Shown piece after piece: positions 1 through 7,269 of a stretch of 21,846 nt of DNA. The DNA comes from a virus (lineage: Duplodnaviria > Heunggongvirae > Uroviricota > Caudoviricetes): the IMG/VR virus record IMGVR_UViG_2778261514_000003; one strand, written 5' to 3'. Under the pieces are notes generated by a model. It ran no database searches. It was not told the origin of the DNA and was given only the letters and a program-made list of their open reading frames with translations. A program made the position numbers and the translations under genes. The first letter of the stretch is position 1. Each line of letters starts with the position of its first letter.

Positions 1-63
1 CGAACCTGTATTTCAAAATTAAAGAAGACCGGCGTAAGGCGGCGCGGGGAGAGTAGACGATGA
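1..63 (+). CDS. Possible 3' end of an upstream gene truncated by the window start; basic C-terminal tail (...KTGVRRRGESRR)
   Basis: Frame 1 is open from base 1 to a TGA at 61-63, which overlaps the ATG at 60-62 of the next ORF (ATGA overlap, suggesting translational coupling). Only 20 codons are visible, so identity is unknown; a holin C-terminus is one possibility given the position upstream of the endolysin. Confidence 0.2.
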   Translation, partial: RTCISKLKKTGVRRRGESRR

Positions 64-569
64 ATAAACAATACGAACTGGTTGTTAAAGGGATAAATAA
101 TTACCCGGATAAGATTACTGTTACTGTAGCGCTGGAAACGGGTGGGTATACGTCACTGTTGTTGCCAAATGTGGTGATTGATCTTGATCGTGTTGAAGGT
201 GCCCCGCTGGAGTTTTACGAAGCTGAGGCGAAAAAGAAGGCGAAGCAGTTTTTCATGGATATTGCTGCCGGGTTATGTGAAGGGGATGAACAGTCACAGG
301 AAAAGTGCCTTTGTTCCGAAGATCGGTATACCATACAAATTAACAATGCATATAACACGATACTGTCAGAAAAAGATGATATCGAATCACGCATTGAAAA
401 ACTGGAGAATTGCGTTGTTGAACTGAATAAAAAACTGTCGACGCTGATGCCTTCTGAAGATGCAAAAAAACGCCGCGATGAGCAGTTCGCGGCGTTTTAC
501 GATTATTGCATTGAAGTTACTCGCAGGAATTTTGTGAAGGCTTTTGAGGAGAGTAAATCTCTTCAGTAA
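60..569 (+). CDS. Hypothetical protein, 169 aa, Lys/Glu-rich with predicted coiled-coil C-terminal half; function unknown (moron)
   Basis: Complete ORF with GGGAGA Shine-Dalgarno-like sequence about 7 nt upstream of the ATG. Visibly more AT-rich than the structural genes, by eye roughly 40% GC. No recognisable similarity to lambda proteins. Confidence 0.65.
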   Translation: MNKQYELVVKGINNYPDKITVTVALETGGYTSLLLPNVVIDLDRVEGAPLEFYEAEAKKKAKQFFMDIAAGLCEGDEQSQEKCLCSEDRYTIQINNAYNTILSEKDDIESRIEKLENCVVELNKKLSTLMPSEDAKKRRDEQFAAFYDYCIEVTRRNFVKAFEESKSLQ

Positions 570-779
570 GCTTAATGGCGGACGCTGCAATTAATTCAGG
601 AAGGTCCGCAAGGTCATCTGTCAGTGGGAATGATGAAAAATCGGCGGCAGTTCTGTTAAGAATTGCTTTAACTAATTCCTTTTCCTCATCCGGCAACACG
701 TTGATTAGAGCTACGACTGCTTGCCTGAGTGCGATTAAATCAGCAAAAGTTTGTTTTGGTAGATTTGGATAATCCATAG
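517..779 (-). CDS. Hypothetical small acidic protein, about 87 aa (MDYPNLPKQTFADLIALRQ...SQNSCE); function unknown
   Basis: Minus-strand ORF with start ATG at 777-779 (reverse complement) preceded by a GAGGTG ribosome-binding site. Protein is acidic (about 14 D/E versus 7 K/R). Its 3' end overlaps the 3' end of ORF 60-569 by 53 nt. The longer 161-aa version in the ORF track has no ribosome-binding site and would overlap the endolysin start. Confidence 0.45.
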
Positions 780-888
780 TCACCTCTGTGTTTATCAGAT
801 TGACATACCCTGGCCAGTGCCCACCACTGGCGGGGTGAAGGCTTAACATATCCAGGGATTCGGAACCGATAAATCCTGATAAATATCC

Positions 889-1422
889 ATGAACGCAAAA
901 ATCAAATACGGCCTGTCGGCTGTCGTTCTGGCGCTGATTGCCGCAGGGGCTTCTGCGCCTGAAATCCTCGACCAGTTTCTGGATGAAAAGGAAGGTAACC
1001 ACACCACGGCATACCGTGATGGTGCGGGTATCTGGACCATCTGCCGTGGAGCCACCCGGGTGGATGGTAAGCCTGTGATTCCTGGCATGAAGCTGTCGAA
1101 GGAAAAATGCGACCGGGTTAACGCTATCGAACGGGATAAGGCGCTGGCATGGGTGGCGAAAAACATCAGAGTGCCACTGACCGAACCTCAGAAAGCGGGT
1201 ATTGCGTCATTCTGCCCGTATAACATTGGCCCCGGTAAGTGTTTCCCGTCGACGTTTTATAAACGAATTAATGCAGGCGATCGCAGAGGAGCGTGTGAAG
1301 CGATTCGCTGGTGGATTAAGGACGGTGGCAGAGACTGCCGTATCCGCTCAAATAATTGCTACGGTCAGGTATCTCGTCGCGACCAGGAGAGTGCGCTGGC
1401 GTGCTGGGGTATCGACAGATAA
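889..1422 (+). CDS. R: Endolysin, SAR-type phage lysozyme (T4-lysozyme-like fold, N-terminal signal-arrest-release domain)
   Basis: 177 aa. N-terminal Gly/Ala-rich weakly hydrophobic segment (YGLSAVVLALIAAGASA) typical of SAR domains, followed by a lysozyme catalytic region (E...D...T within EGNHTTAYRDGAGIWTICRGAT). Position immediately upstream of Rz/Rz1. Confidence 0.88.
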   Translation: MNAKIKYGLSAVVLALIAAGASAPEILDQFLDEKEGNHTTAYRDGAGIWTICRGATRVDGKPVIPGMKLSKEKCDRVNAIERDKALAWVAKNIRVPLTEPQKAGIASFCPYNIGPGKCFPSTFYKRINAGDRRGACEAIRWWIKDGGRDCRIRSNNCYGQVSRRDQESALACWGIDR

Positions 1423-1516
1423 GCAGAATATTTTGCTGAAAAATGCGGTTTGCTCACACGGACGGATAACACGAAATCCTGCGAACTGACAAAAACTAAG
1501 TGAATAAAAGTAAAAA

Positions 1517-1550
1517 CCCCGTTTGTTGGCTGCAAGCGGGGTTTTGTGTT
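1517..1550 (+). terminator. Rho-independent terminator-like hairpin downstream of the endolysin
   Basis: 9-bp GC-rich stem (CCCCGTTTG / CAAGCGGGG, one G-U wobble) with 7-nt loop, followed by TTTTGTGTTT. An A-tract lies upstream, so it may act bidirectionally. Confidence 0.55.
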
Positions 1551-1578
1551 TCTGACCTTGGATAAGGCAAGGGAGAAC

Positions 1579-1761
1579 ATGGAAAAGTATAAACGAATTC
1601 TGTTGAGGTTGACTATGAAAAACGGCCTTGAACTGAAAGCGCCTGTAACTGATGACATCAGCAGAGCACTGGCTTTTGCCATTAAGTGGGTGGCGGTCGG
1701 TGTTGCTGTGTCCCCGATGCTGTATGGGCTGGCAAAACTGGTCATTGCGTTGAAATCGTGA
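1579..1761 (+). CDS. Small hypothetical protein, 60 aa, with a hydrophobic C-terminal segment (possible single transmembrane helix)
   Basis: ATG at 1579 preceded by AAGGGAG ribosome-binding site. The ORF-track start at 1546 is a GTG inside the terminator T-tract and is less likely. Hydrophobic stretch [28 protein letters not shown]. Confidence 0.4.
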   Translation: MEKYKRILLRLTMKNGLELKAPVTDDISRALAFAIKWVAVGVAVSPMLYGLAKLVIALKS

Positions 1762-1775
1762 AGGGAGGATTAAGC

Positions 1776-1907
1776 ATGTCAGACAAACTCATAACGCTGG
1801 CGAAGATCCTCTGTGTAATTGTCGGCATTTCATTTTCACTAATGCTGGTTGCTCTTTTTCTTTCCATGGCCTGGATGATGTTGTCTTCGTCGGGGCTGCT
1901 GGGGTGA
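1776..1907 (+). CDS. Small hydrophobic membrane protein, 43 aa ([43 protein letters not shown]); possible lysis-associated membrane protein
   Basis: ATG at 1776 preceded by a strong AAGGGAGGA ribosome-binding site. Its stop TGA (1905-1907) overlaps the GTG start of Rz at 1904 (GTGA), suggesting translational coupling. One or two predicted transmembrane helices. Confidence 0.4.
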   Translation: MSDKLITLAKILCVIVGISFSLMLVALFLSMAWMMLSSSGLLG

Positions 1908-2377
1908 ACATAAACCGAATGCTTTCCGCGTTTATCGTTATTCTGCTGGTGGCCTGTGGAGCGCTGTGGATGGCAACAGACCATTACCGTGATAACGCGA
2001 TTACCTACAAAGCGCAGCGCGATAACAAAGCCAGTGAACTGAAGCTGGCGAACGCAACCATTACTGATATGCAGGTGCGCCAGCGCGATGTTGCTGCGCT
2101 CGATGCAAAATACTCGAGGGAATTAGCCGATGCGAGAGCTGAAAATGAAACTCTTCGCGCTGACGTTGCCGCTGGTCGTAAGCGCCTGCGGATCAACGCC
2201 ACCTGTCCAGGCTCCGTGCGTGAAGCCCCCACCACCTCCGGCGTGGATAATGCAACCGGCCCCCGACTGGCAGACACCGTTACACGGGATTATTTCACCC
2301 TCAGAGAGCGGCTGATGACGATGCAGAAGCAACTGGAAGGGGCGCAGGAATATATCCGTACTCAGTGCATTAAGTAG
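1904..2377 (+). CDS. Rz: Rz i-spanin (inner-membrane spanin subunit)
   Basis: Translated ORF aligns along its length with lambda Rz as I recall it (shared ...[14 protein letters not shown]...[23 protein letters not shown]...VAAGR.RL...[17 protein letters not shown]). N-terminal transmembrane helix. Start may be GTG 1904 or ATG 1919. Confidence 0.9.
   Translation: MNINRMLSAFIVILLVACGALWMATDHYRDNAITYKAQRDNKASELKLANATITDMQVRQRDVAALDAKYSRELADARAENETLRADVAAGRKRLRINATCPGSVREAPTTSGVDNATGPRLADTVTRDYFTLRERLMTMQKQLEGAQEYIRTQCIK
2130..2315 (+). CDS. Rz1: Rz1 o-spanin (outer-membrane lipoprotein), embedded in the +1 frame of Rz
   Basis: Fully embedded in Rz in a different frame. Lipoprotein signal with lipobox (LPLVVSAC), Pro-rich mature region ([22 protein letters not shown]) matching lambda Rz1 as recalled. 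Confidence 0.85.
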   Translation: MRELKMKLFALTLPLVVSACGSTPPVQAPCVKPPPPPAWIMQPAPDWQTPLHGIISPSESG

Positions 2378-2400
2378 TCTTTTTATTATCCGGAGGATGT

Positions 2401-2625
2401 ATGAAGAAATTACTGGTAACCGTAAAGCCTTTTCAGGGAACAATTCCGTTCCGTATTTTGCAGCGTGGTCGTGTTCTTGTTGAAGGTTCGTTCAGTGGTA
2501 AATGTACGCAATTACACTCCCGGACCTTTCAGGTGAATGCCACGAATGAAGAGCTAACCGTTGAGTGTACGATGAATGCCGCTAAATGCCGCATGGTATC
2601 CGCTGCATTACAGCCAGTGTGTTGA
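2401..2625 (+). CDS. Hypothetical protein, 74 aa, with 4 Cys (C35, C56, C63, C74); function unknown (moron between spanins and cos)
   Basis: ATG preceded by GGAGGATG ribosome-binding site. Occupies the slot where lambda carries bor on the opposite strand, but is on the + strand and unrelated to Bor by inspection. Confidence 0.5.
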   Translation: MKKLLVTVKPFQGTIPFRILQRGRVLVEGSFSGKCTQLHSRTFQVNATNEELTVECTMNAAKCRMVSAALQPVC

Positions 2626-2885
2626 GCGACCTTATTATCCATGGCGCGGTATTGTCGCCGTATTCCCGTATTAACAGAGACCGCAGCCCGACAGGGAGAC
2701 TCCTCTGCGCGAGTGTGCGGGGATAATCAAAAACGATACACACCGGGGTTTACCGCGTTAACGGAGCGCGGCGTTGTCCCCTCATGGTAGCTGGTCCGGT
2801 GCGATGGTGGAAGAAACTGGATTTTGTTGCAACTGACAATCATTATCATTTTGCCGGGTCCTTTCCGGCGATCCGGGCCGTTACG

Positions 2886-2897
2886 GGGCGGCGACCT
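2886..2897. other. cosN cohesive-end site (12-nt GGGCGGCGACCT), with lambda-like flanking sequence including the cosQ region upstream
   Basis: Exact GGGCGGCGACCT followed by TCGCGGATTTTCACTATTTATGAAAATTTTCCGG, near-identical to the lambda genome left end as I recall it. Upstream GGGTCCTTTCCGGCGATCCGGGCCGTTACG resembles the lambda right end. Confidence 0.85.
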
Positions 2898-2934
2898 CGC
2901 GGATTTTCACTATTTATGAAAATTTTCCGGGATC

Positions 2935-3033
2935 CATGTCCGGTTTCTCTGCAAGTTAACCATATGAAAAATATAAAAACATGCTTTCCATGAACCGGAC
3001 ATGCGCAAAAAATAGACACTAAAACCGGACATG
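2935..3033. repeat. cosB-like region with three copies of an 11-bp motif AACCGGACATG (one inverted, two direct); candidate terminase small-subunit binding sites
   Basis: Exact copies at 2935-2945 (reverse orientation, CATGTCCGGTT), 2993-3003 and 3023-3033, lying between cosN and the Nu1 start, with an A/T-rich segment between the first and second. The arrangement mirrors lambda R3-I1-R2-R1 but the repeat sequence differs from lambda R sites. Confidence 0.6.
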
Positions 3034-3080
3034 ACCGGTTTTGTTGTGATTGTGAGGTGAGAGTTTTTGCGAGGTGAGGA

Positions 3081-3590
3081 GTGGCTACGCAGACTGAAGT
3101 TGCCAGGCATTTAAGTCTGACCGATCGCCAGCTTCGCAGATTGCAGAAATTGCCGGGTGCCCCGATATCGAATAAGCGAGGGCAACTGGATCTGGATGCC
3201 TGGCGCGATTTTTACATATCGTATCTGAGAAGAAGTAAAAACGATGTGCCTGATGGCGATAGCGAAGACGACTATGAGGAGAAATTGCTTATTGCCAGAT
3301 GGGAACTGACAGCAGAACAGGCTGTTACACAGCAGTTAAAAAATGAGGTGTCAAAAGGAAAACTTATTGACACCGGGTTCTGTATTTTTGCCCTCAGCAA
3401 GCTGGCAATGGCGTTATCCAGTACGCTTGATTCCATCCCTTTATCCATGCAGCGACAGTTTCCTGATTTAACACCGCGCCATCTTGACCATCTGAAAACC
3501 CTTATTGCGAAGGGGGCAAATCAGTGTGCGCGGGCGGGGGATAAATTACCGGATTTACTCGATGAATATATCAGAGCAACAACTGAATAA
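3081..3590 (+). CDS. nu1: Terminase small subunit (Nu1-like); C-terminal half lambda-like, N-terminal DNA-binding region divergent
   Basis: GTG start after GAGG ribosome-binding site. C-terminal region (...TGFCIFALSKLAMALSSTLDSIPLSMQRQFPDLTPRHLDHLKTLI...LLDEYI) matches lambda Nu1 as recalled. N-terminus (MATQTEVARHLSLTDRQLRRLQK) is a different helix-turn-helix-like segment. 3' end overlaps the A start. Confidence 0.85.
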   Translation: MATQTEVARHLSLTDRQLRRLQKLPGAPISNKRGQLDLDAWRDFYISYLRRSKNDVPDGDSEDDYEEKLLIARWELTAEQAVTQQLKNEVSKGKLIDTGFCIFALSKLAMALSSTLDSIPLSMQRQFPDLTPRHLDHLKTLIAKGANQCARAGDKLPDLLDEYIRATTE

Positions 3591-5490
3591 TATGATGAGT
3601 GCTGTCACAACAGCATTACAGCCCCTGATAAGGGCATTGCCGGTGACGCCAGTTGAATGGGCTGATCAAAATTATTATCTGCCTAAAGAATCTTCATATG
3701 GTGAGGGAGAATGGAAAACGCTGCCGTTCCAGATCGCCATCATGAACAGCATGGGGAATGATCAGATCCGGACTGTTAATCTGATTAAATCTGCCCGTGT
3801 TGGCTATACAAAGATGTTGCTGGGAGTCGCCGGGTATTTTATTGAGCATAAATCCCGAAACAGTCTGCTTTTTCAGCCCACGGATTCTGCCGCTGAAGAT
3901 TTTATGAAGTCTCACGTGGAGGCGACGATTCGCGATGTTCCCTGCCTGAAAAAACTTTCTCCCTGGCTGGGACGTAAACATCGTGATAATACCATCACGC
4001 TGAAACGCTTTTCATCGGGTGTGGGCTTCTGGTGCCTGGGCGGCGCTGCCGCCAAAAACTACCGTGAAAAATCCGTGGACGTGGTCTGCTATGACGAACT
4101 TTCCTCGTTCGAGCCGGATGTCGAAAAAGAGGGCTCGCCAACCCTGCTGGGGGATAAGCGTATTGAGGGCTCGGTATGGCCAAAATCCATTCGCGGCTCG
4201 ACGCCTAAAATAAAAGGCTCCTGCCAGATCGAAAAAGCGGCCAACGAGTCGGCGCATTTCATGCGTTTTTATGTGCCCTGCCCGCACTGTGGGGAGGCGC
4301 AGTATCTGAAATTTGGCGATGAGTCCACGCCTTTTGGCCTTAAATGGGAGAAGGACAGCCCCGAAAGCGTTTTCTACCTCTGTGAACATCATGGCTGCGT
4401 GATCCATCAGTCTGAGCTTGACCAGAGCAACGGGCGGTGGATCTGTGAAAACACGGGGATGTGGACCCGCGACGGTCTGACGTTTTTCAGCGCCGCGGAT
4501 AATGAAATTCCGCCGCCGCGCTCCATCACATTCCATATCTGGACGGCGTACAGTCCCTTCACCACCTGGGTACAGATTGTCTATGACTGGCTGGATGCAC
4601 TGAAAGATCCCAACGGCCTGAAAACCTTTGTGAACACCACGCTGGGCGAGACCTGGGAAGAGGCCGTGGGCGAAAAACTCGATCACCAGGTGCTGATGGA
4701 TAAGGTTGTGCGTTACACGGCTGCGGTGCCTTCCCGGGTGGTTTATCTGACGGCGGGCATTGACTCGCAGCGAAACCGTTTTGAGATGTATGTCTGGGGA
4801 TGGGCTCCGGGAGAGGAAGCCTTTCTGGTGGATAAAATCATCATTATGGGGCGTCCCGATGAGGAAGAGACGCTGTTACGTGTGGATGTGGCGATCAACA
4901 AAAAATACCGCCATGCAGACGGAACCGAAATGACCATTTCCCGTGTCTGCTGGGACACCGGGGGGATCGATGGCGAAATTGTCTATCAGAGGTCAAAAAA
5001 ACACGGTGTTTTCCGGGTGCTGCCGGTAAAAGGTGCATCTGTTTATGGCAAGCCGGTGATCACCATGCCAAAAACCCGCAATCAGCGGGGCGTGTATCTG
5101 TGCGAAGTGGGGACGGACACCGCAAAAGAAATTCTCTATGCCCGTATGAAAGCCGATCCCACGCCTGCGGATGAAGCCACGTCGTATGCCATCCGTTTTC
5201 CTGATGATCCGGAGATTTTTTCGCAGACAGAGGCGCAGCAACTGGTGGCGGAAGAGCTTGTGGAGAAGTGGGAAAAAGGAAAGATGCGTCTGCTGTGGGA
5301 TAACAAAAAGCGGCGTAACGAAGCGCTGGACTGCCTGGTGTATGCCTACGCGGCATTACGTGTGTCCGTGCAACGCTGGCAACTTGATCTGGCTGTACTG
5401 GCAAAATCCCGGGAAGAAGAGACGACCCGGCCAACCCTTAAAGAACTGGCAGCGAAGCTGTCCGGAGGAGTGAATGGTTACAGTCGCTGA
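3562..5490 (+). CDS. A: Terminase large subunit (gpA-like: ATPase / cos endonuclease)
   Basis: Strong colinear similarity to lambda gpA from MNISEQQ...VEWADQNYYLPKESSYGEGEWKTLPFQ onward. Start chosen at ATG 3562 rather than the upstream in-frame extension in the ORF track. Confidence 0.95.
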   Translation: MNISEQQLNNMMSAVTTALQPLIRALPVTPVEWADQNYYLPKESSYGEGEWKTLPFQIAIMNSMGNDQIRTVNLIKSARVGYTKMLLGVAGYFIEHKSRNSLLFQPTDSAAEDFMKSHVEATIRDVPCLKKLSPWLGRKHRDNTITLKRFSSGVGFWCLGGAAAKNYREKSVDVVCYDELSSFEPDVEKEGSPTLLGDKRIEGSVWPKSIRGSTPKIKGSCQIEKAANESAHFMRFYVPCPHCGEAQYLKFGDESTPFGLKWEKDSPESVFYLCEHHGCVIHQSELDQSNGRWICENTGMWTRDGLTFFSAADNEIPPPRSITFHIWTAYSPFTTWVQIVYDWLDALKDPNGLKTFVNTTLGETWEEAVGEKLDHQVLMDKVVRYTAAVPSRVVYLTAGIDSQRNRFEMYVWGWAPGEEAFLVDKIIIMGRPDEEETLLRVDVAINKKYRHADGTEMTISRVCWDTGGIDGEIVYQRSKKHGVFRVLPVKGASVYGKPVITMPKTRNQRGVYLCEVGTDTAKEILYARMKADPTPADEATSYAIRFPDDPEIFSQTEAQQLVAEELVEKWEKGKMRLLWDNKKRRNEALDCLVYAYAALRVSVQRWQLDLAVLAKSREEETTRPTLKELAAKLSGGVNGYSR

Positions 5491-5680
5491 ACTGCAGGCG
5501 CTGCGTCAGGCGCGCCTTGATTTATTAACCGGTAAACGGGTGGTGTCTGTCCAGAAAGATGGTCGCAGAATTGAATATACGGCGGCCTCTCTGGATGAGC
5601 TTAACCGGGCGATCAATGATGCTGAGTTGGTACTGGGGACAACCCGCCGTCGCCGTCGTCCGCTGGGAGTGAGGTTATGA
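5474..5680 (+). CDS. W: Head-tail joining protein W
   Basis: 68 aa. Similarity to lambda gpW (LTGKRVVSVQKDGRRIEYTAASL). GGAGGAG ribosome-binding site. Confidence 0.9.
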   Translation: MVTVAELQALRQARLDLLTGKRVVSVQKDGRRIEYTAASLDELNRAINDAELVLGTTRRRRRPLGVRL

Positions 5681-7269
5681 AACGAAAGCCTGTCCTGATT
5701 GATGTGAACGGCGTTCCGCTTCGGGAGAGTCTCAGCTACAACGGGGGCGGTGCAGGATTTGGCGGGCAAATGGCAGAGTGGTTGCCACCCTCGCAGAGTG
5801 CCGATGCGGCCCTGCTGCCCGCGTTGCGTCTGGGGAATGCCCGTGCAGATGATCTGGTGCGCAATAACGGAATAGCGGCCAATGCGGTGGCCCTGCATAA
5901 GGATCACATTGTCGGGCATATGTTTCTGATTAGCTACCGTCCGAACTGGCGCTGGCTGGGGATGCGGGAGACCGCGGCAAAAAGTTTTGTCGATGAGGTG
6001 GAGGCGGCCTGGTCAGAATACGCAGAAGGGATGTTTGGTGAGATCGACGTGGAAGGGAAACGCACGTTTACGGAATTTATCCGTGAAGGTGTGGGCGTTC
6101 ATGCGTTTAACGGCGAAATCTTTGTGCAGCCGGTCTGGGATACGGAGAGCACGCAACTGTTTCGTACGCGTTTTAAAGCCGTGAGTCCGAAACGGGTGGA
6201 CACGCCAGGACACGGTATCGGGAACCGTTTTCTGCGGGCCGGTGTGGAGGTTGATCGATATGGCCGTGCCGTTGCGTACCATATCTGTGAGGATGATTTT
6301 CCTCGCTCCGGGAGTGGACGATGGGAACGGATCCCGCGTGAACTTCCCACCGGGCGTCCGGCCATGCTGCATATTTTCGAGCCGGTGGAGGACGGGCAGA
6401 CCCGTGGGGCCAATCAGTTTTACAGCGTCATGGAACGGCTGAAGATGCTCGATTCCCTGCAGGCAACACAGCTTCAGTCGGCCATTGTTAAAGCCATGTA
6501 TGCAGCGACGATTGAAAGTGAACTTGATACCGAAAAGGCCTTTGAATATATCGCCGGTGCGCCGCAGGGGCAGAAGGATAATCCGCTTATTAATATTCTG
6601 GATAAGTTCTCCACCTGGTATGACACGAATATCGTGACGCTGGGCGGTGTCAAAATTCCGCACCTTTTCCCCGGTGATGATCTGAAACTTCAGACCGCGC
6701 AGGATTCAGACAATGGATTTTCGGCGCTTGAACAGGCGCTGCTGCGGTATATCGCCGCCGGTCTTGGCGTTTCCTACGAACAGTTGTCCCGTGATTACTC
6801 GAAGGTCAGTTATTCAAGTGCCCGCGCATCCGCCAATGAGTCGTGGCGCTATTTTATGGGGCGGCGAAAATTTATTGCGTCCCGGCTGGCCACGCAGATG
6901 TTTTCCTGCTGGCTGGAAGAGGCACTTCTTCGGGGGATTATTCGTCCGCCACGGGCACGTTTTGATTTTTATCAGGCGCGTTCAGCCTGGTCACGGGCTG
7001 AGTGGATTGGTGCCGGAAGAATGGCCATTGACGGGCTCAAGGAGGTTCAGGAATCAGTGATGCGCATTGAGGCCGGACTGAGCACGTATGAGAAAGAGCT
7101 GGCGCTGATGGGCGAGGATTATCAGGACATTTTCCGCCAGCAGGTCAGGGAATCTGCAGAGCGGGAAAAAGCCGGACTCTCACGTCCGGTGTGGATAGCG
7201 CAGGCGTATCAGCAGCAGATAGCGGAGAGTCGCAGGCCGGAAGAGGAGACAACACCACGTGAGACGTAA
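5677..7269 (+). CDS. B: Portal protein (gpB-like)
   Basis: 530 aa. ATGA overlap with W stop. Position and size match the lambda portal. Confidence 0.93.
   Translation: MKRKPVLIDVNGVPLRESLSYNGGGAGFGGQMAEWLPPSQSADAALLPALRLGNARADDLVRNNGIAANAVALHKDHIVGHMFLISYRPNWRWLGMRETAAKSFVDEVEAAWSEYAEGMFGEIDVEGKRTFTEFIREGVGVHAFNGEIFVQPVWDTESTQLFRTRFKAVSPKRVDTPGHGIGNRFLRAGVEVDRYGRAVAYHICEDDFPRSGSGRWERIPRELPTGRPAMLHIFEPVEDGQTRGANQFYSVMERLKMLDSLQATQLQSAIVKAMYAATIESELDTEKAFEYIAGAPQGQKDNPLINILDKFSTWYDTNIVTLGGVKIPHLFPGDDLKLQTAQDSDNGFSALEQALLRYIAAGLGVSYEQLSRDYSKVSYSSARASANESWRYFMGRRKFIASRLATQMFSCWLEEALLRGIIRPPRARFDFYQARSAWSRAEWIGAGRMAIDGLKEVQESVMRIEAGLSTYEKELALMGEDYQDIFRQQVRESAEREKAGLSRPVWIAQAYQQQIAESRRPEEETTPRET

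Noticed and set aside
178-426. 82-aa + strand ORF in an alternate frame inside ORF 60-569
   Set aside because: Fully nested in a different frame of a better-supported ORF; Arg/Lys-rich product with no start signals.
575-772. Plus-strand 65-aa ORF (MADAAINSGRSARSS...) opposite the small acidic minus-strand ORF
   Set aside because: No ribosome-binding site, Ser/Ala-rich low-complexity product; the minus-strand frame has a good ribosome-binding site and more protein-like composition, so the + frame is taken as the shadow ORF. This choice is not certain.
2946-2992. Possible IHF binding site (I1 equivalent) in the A/T-rich segment between the inverted and direct cosB repeats
   Set aside because: No clear match to the IHF consensus WATCAANNNNTTR was found by eye; only A/T richness supports it, so it is not called as a feature.
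2784-2993. 69-aa + ORF, and minus ORF 2910-3110, spanning the cos site
   Set aside because: They cross cosN and cosB, which are cis-acting DNA sites cut during packaging; no ribosome-binding site; implausible as genes.
3505-3561. Upstream in-frame extension of the terminase large subunit ORF (start at 3505)
   Set aside because: Alignment with lambda gpA places the N-terminus at MNISEQQ (ATG 3562); the extension would lie within the Nu1 coding sequence.
4012-4686. Minus-strand ORF (224 aa) inside terminase large subunit gene A, and similar antisense ORFs inside B, C and H (for example 6013-6663, 7274-7849, 14097-14696, 15196-16053)
   Set aside because: All lie antisense within conserved structural genes, have Arg/Pro/Gly-rich composition and lack start signals; considered GC-driven artefacts.
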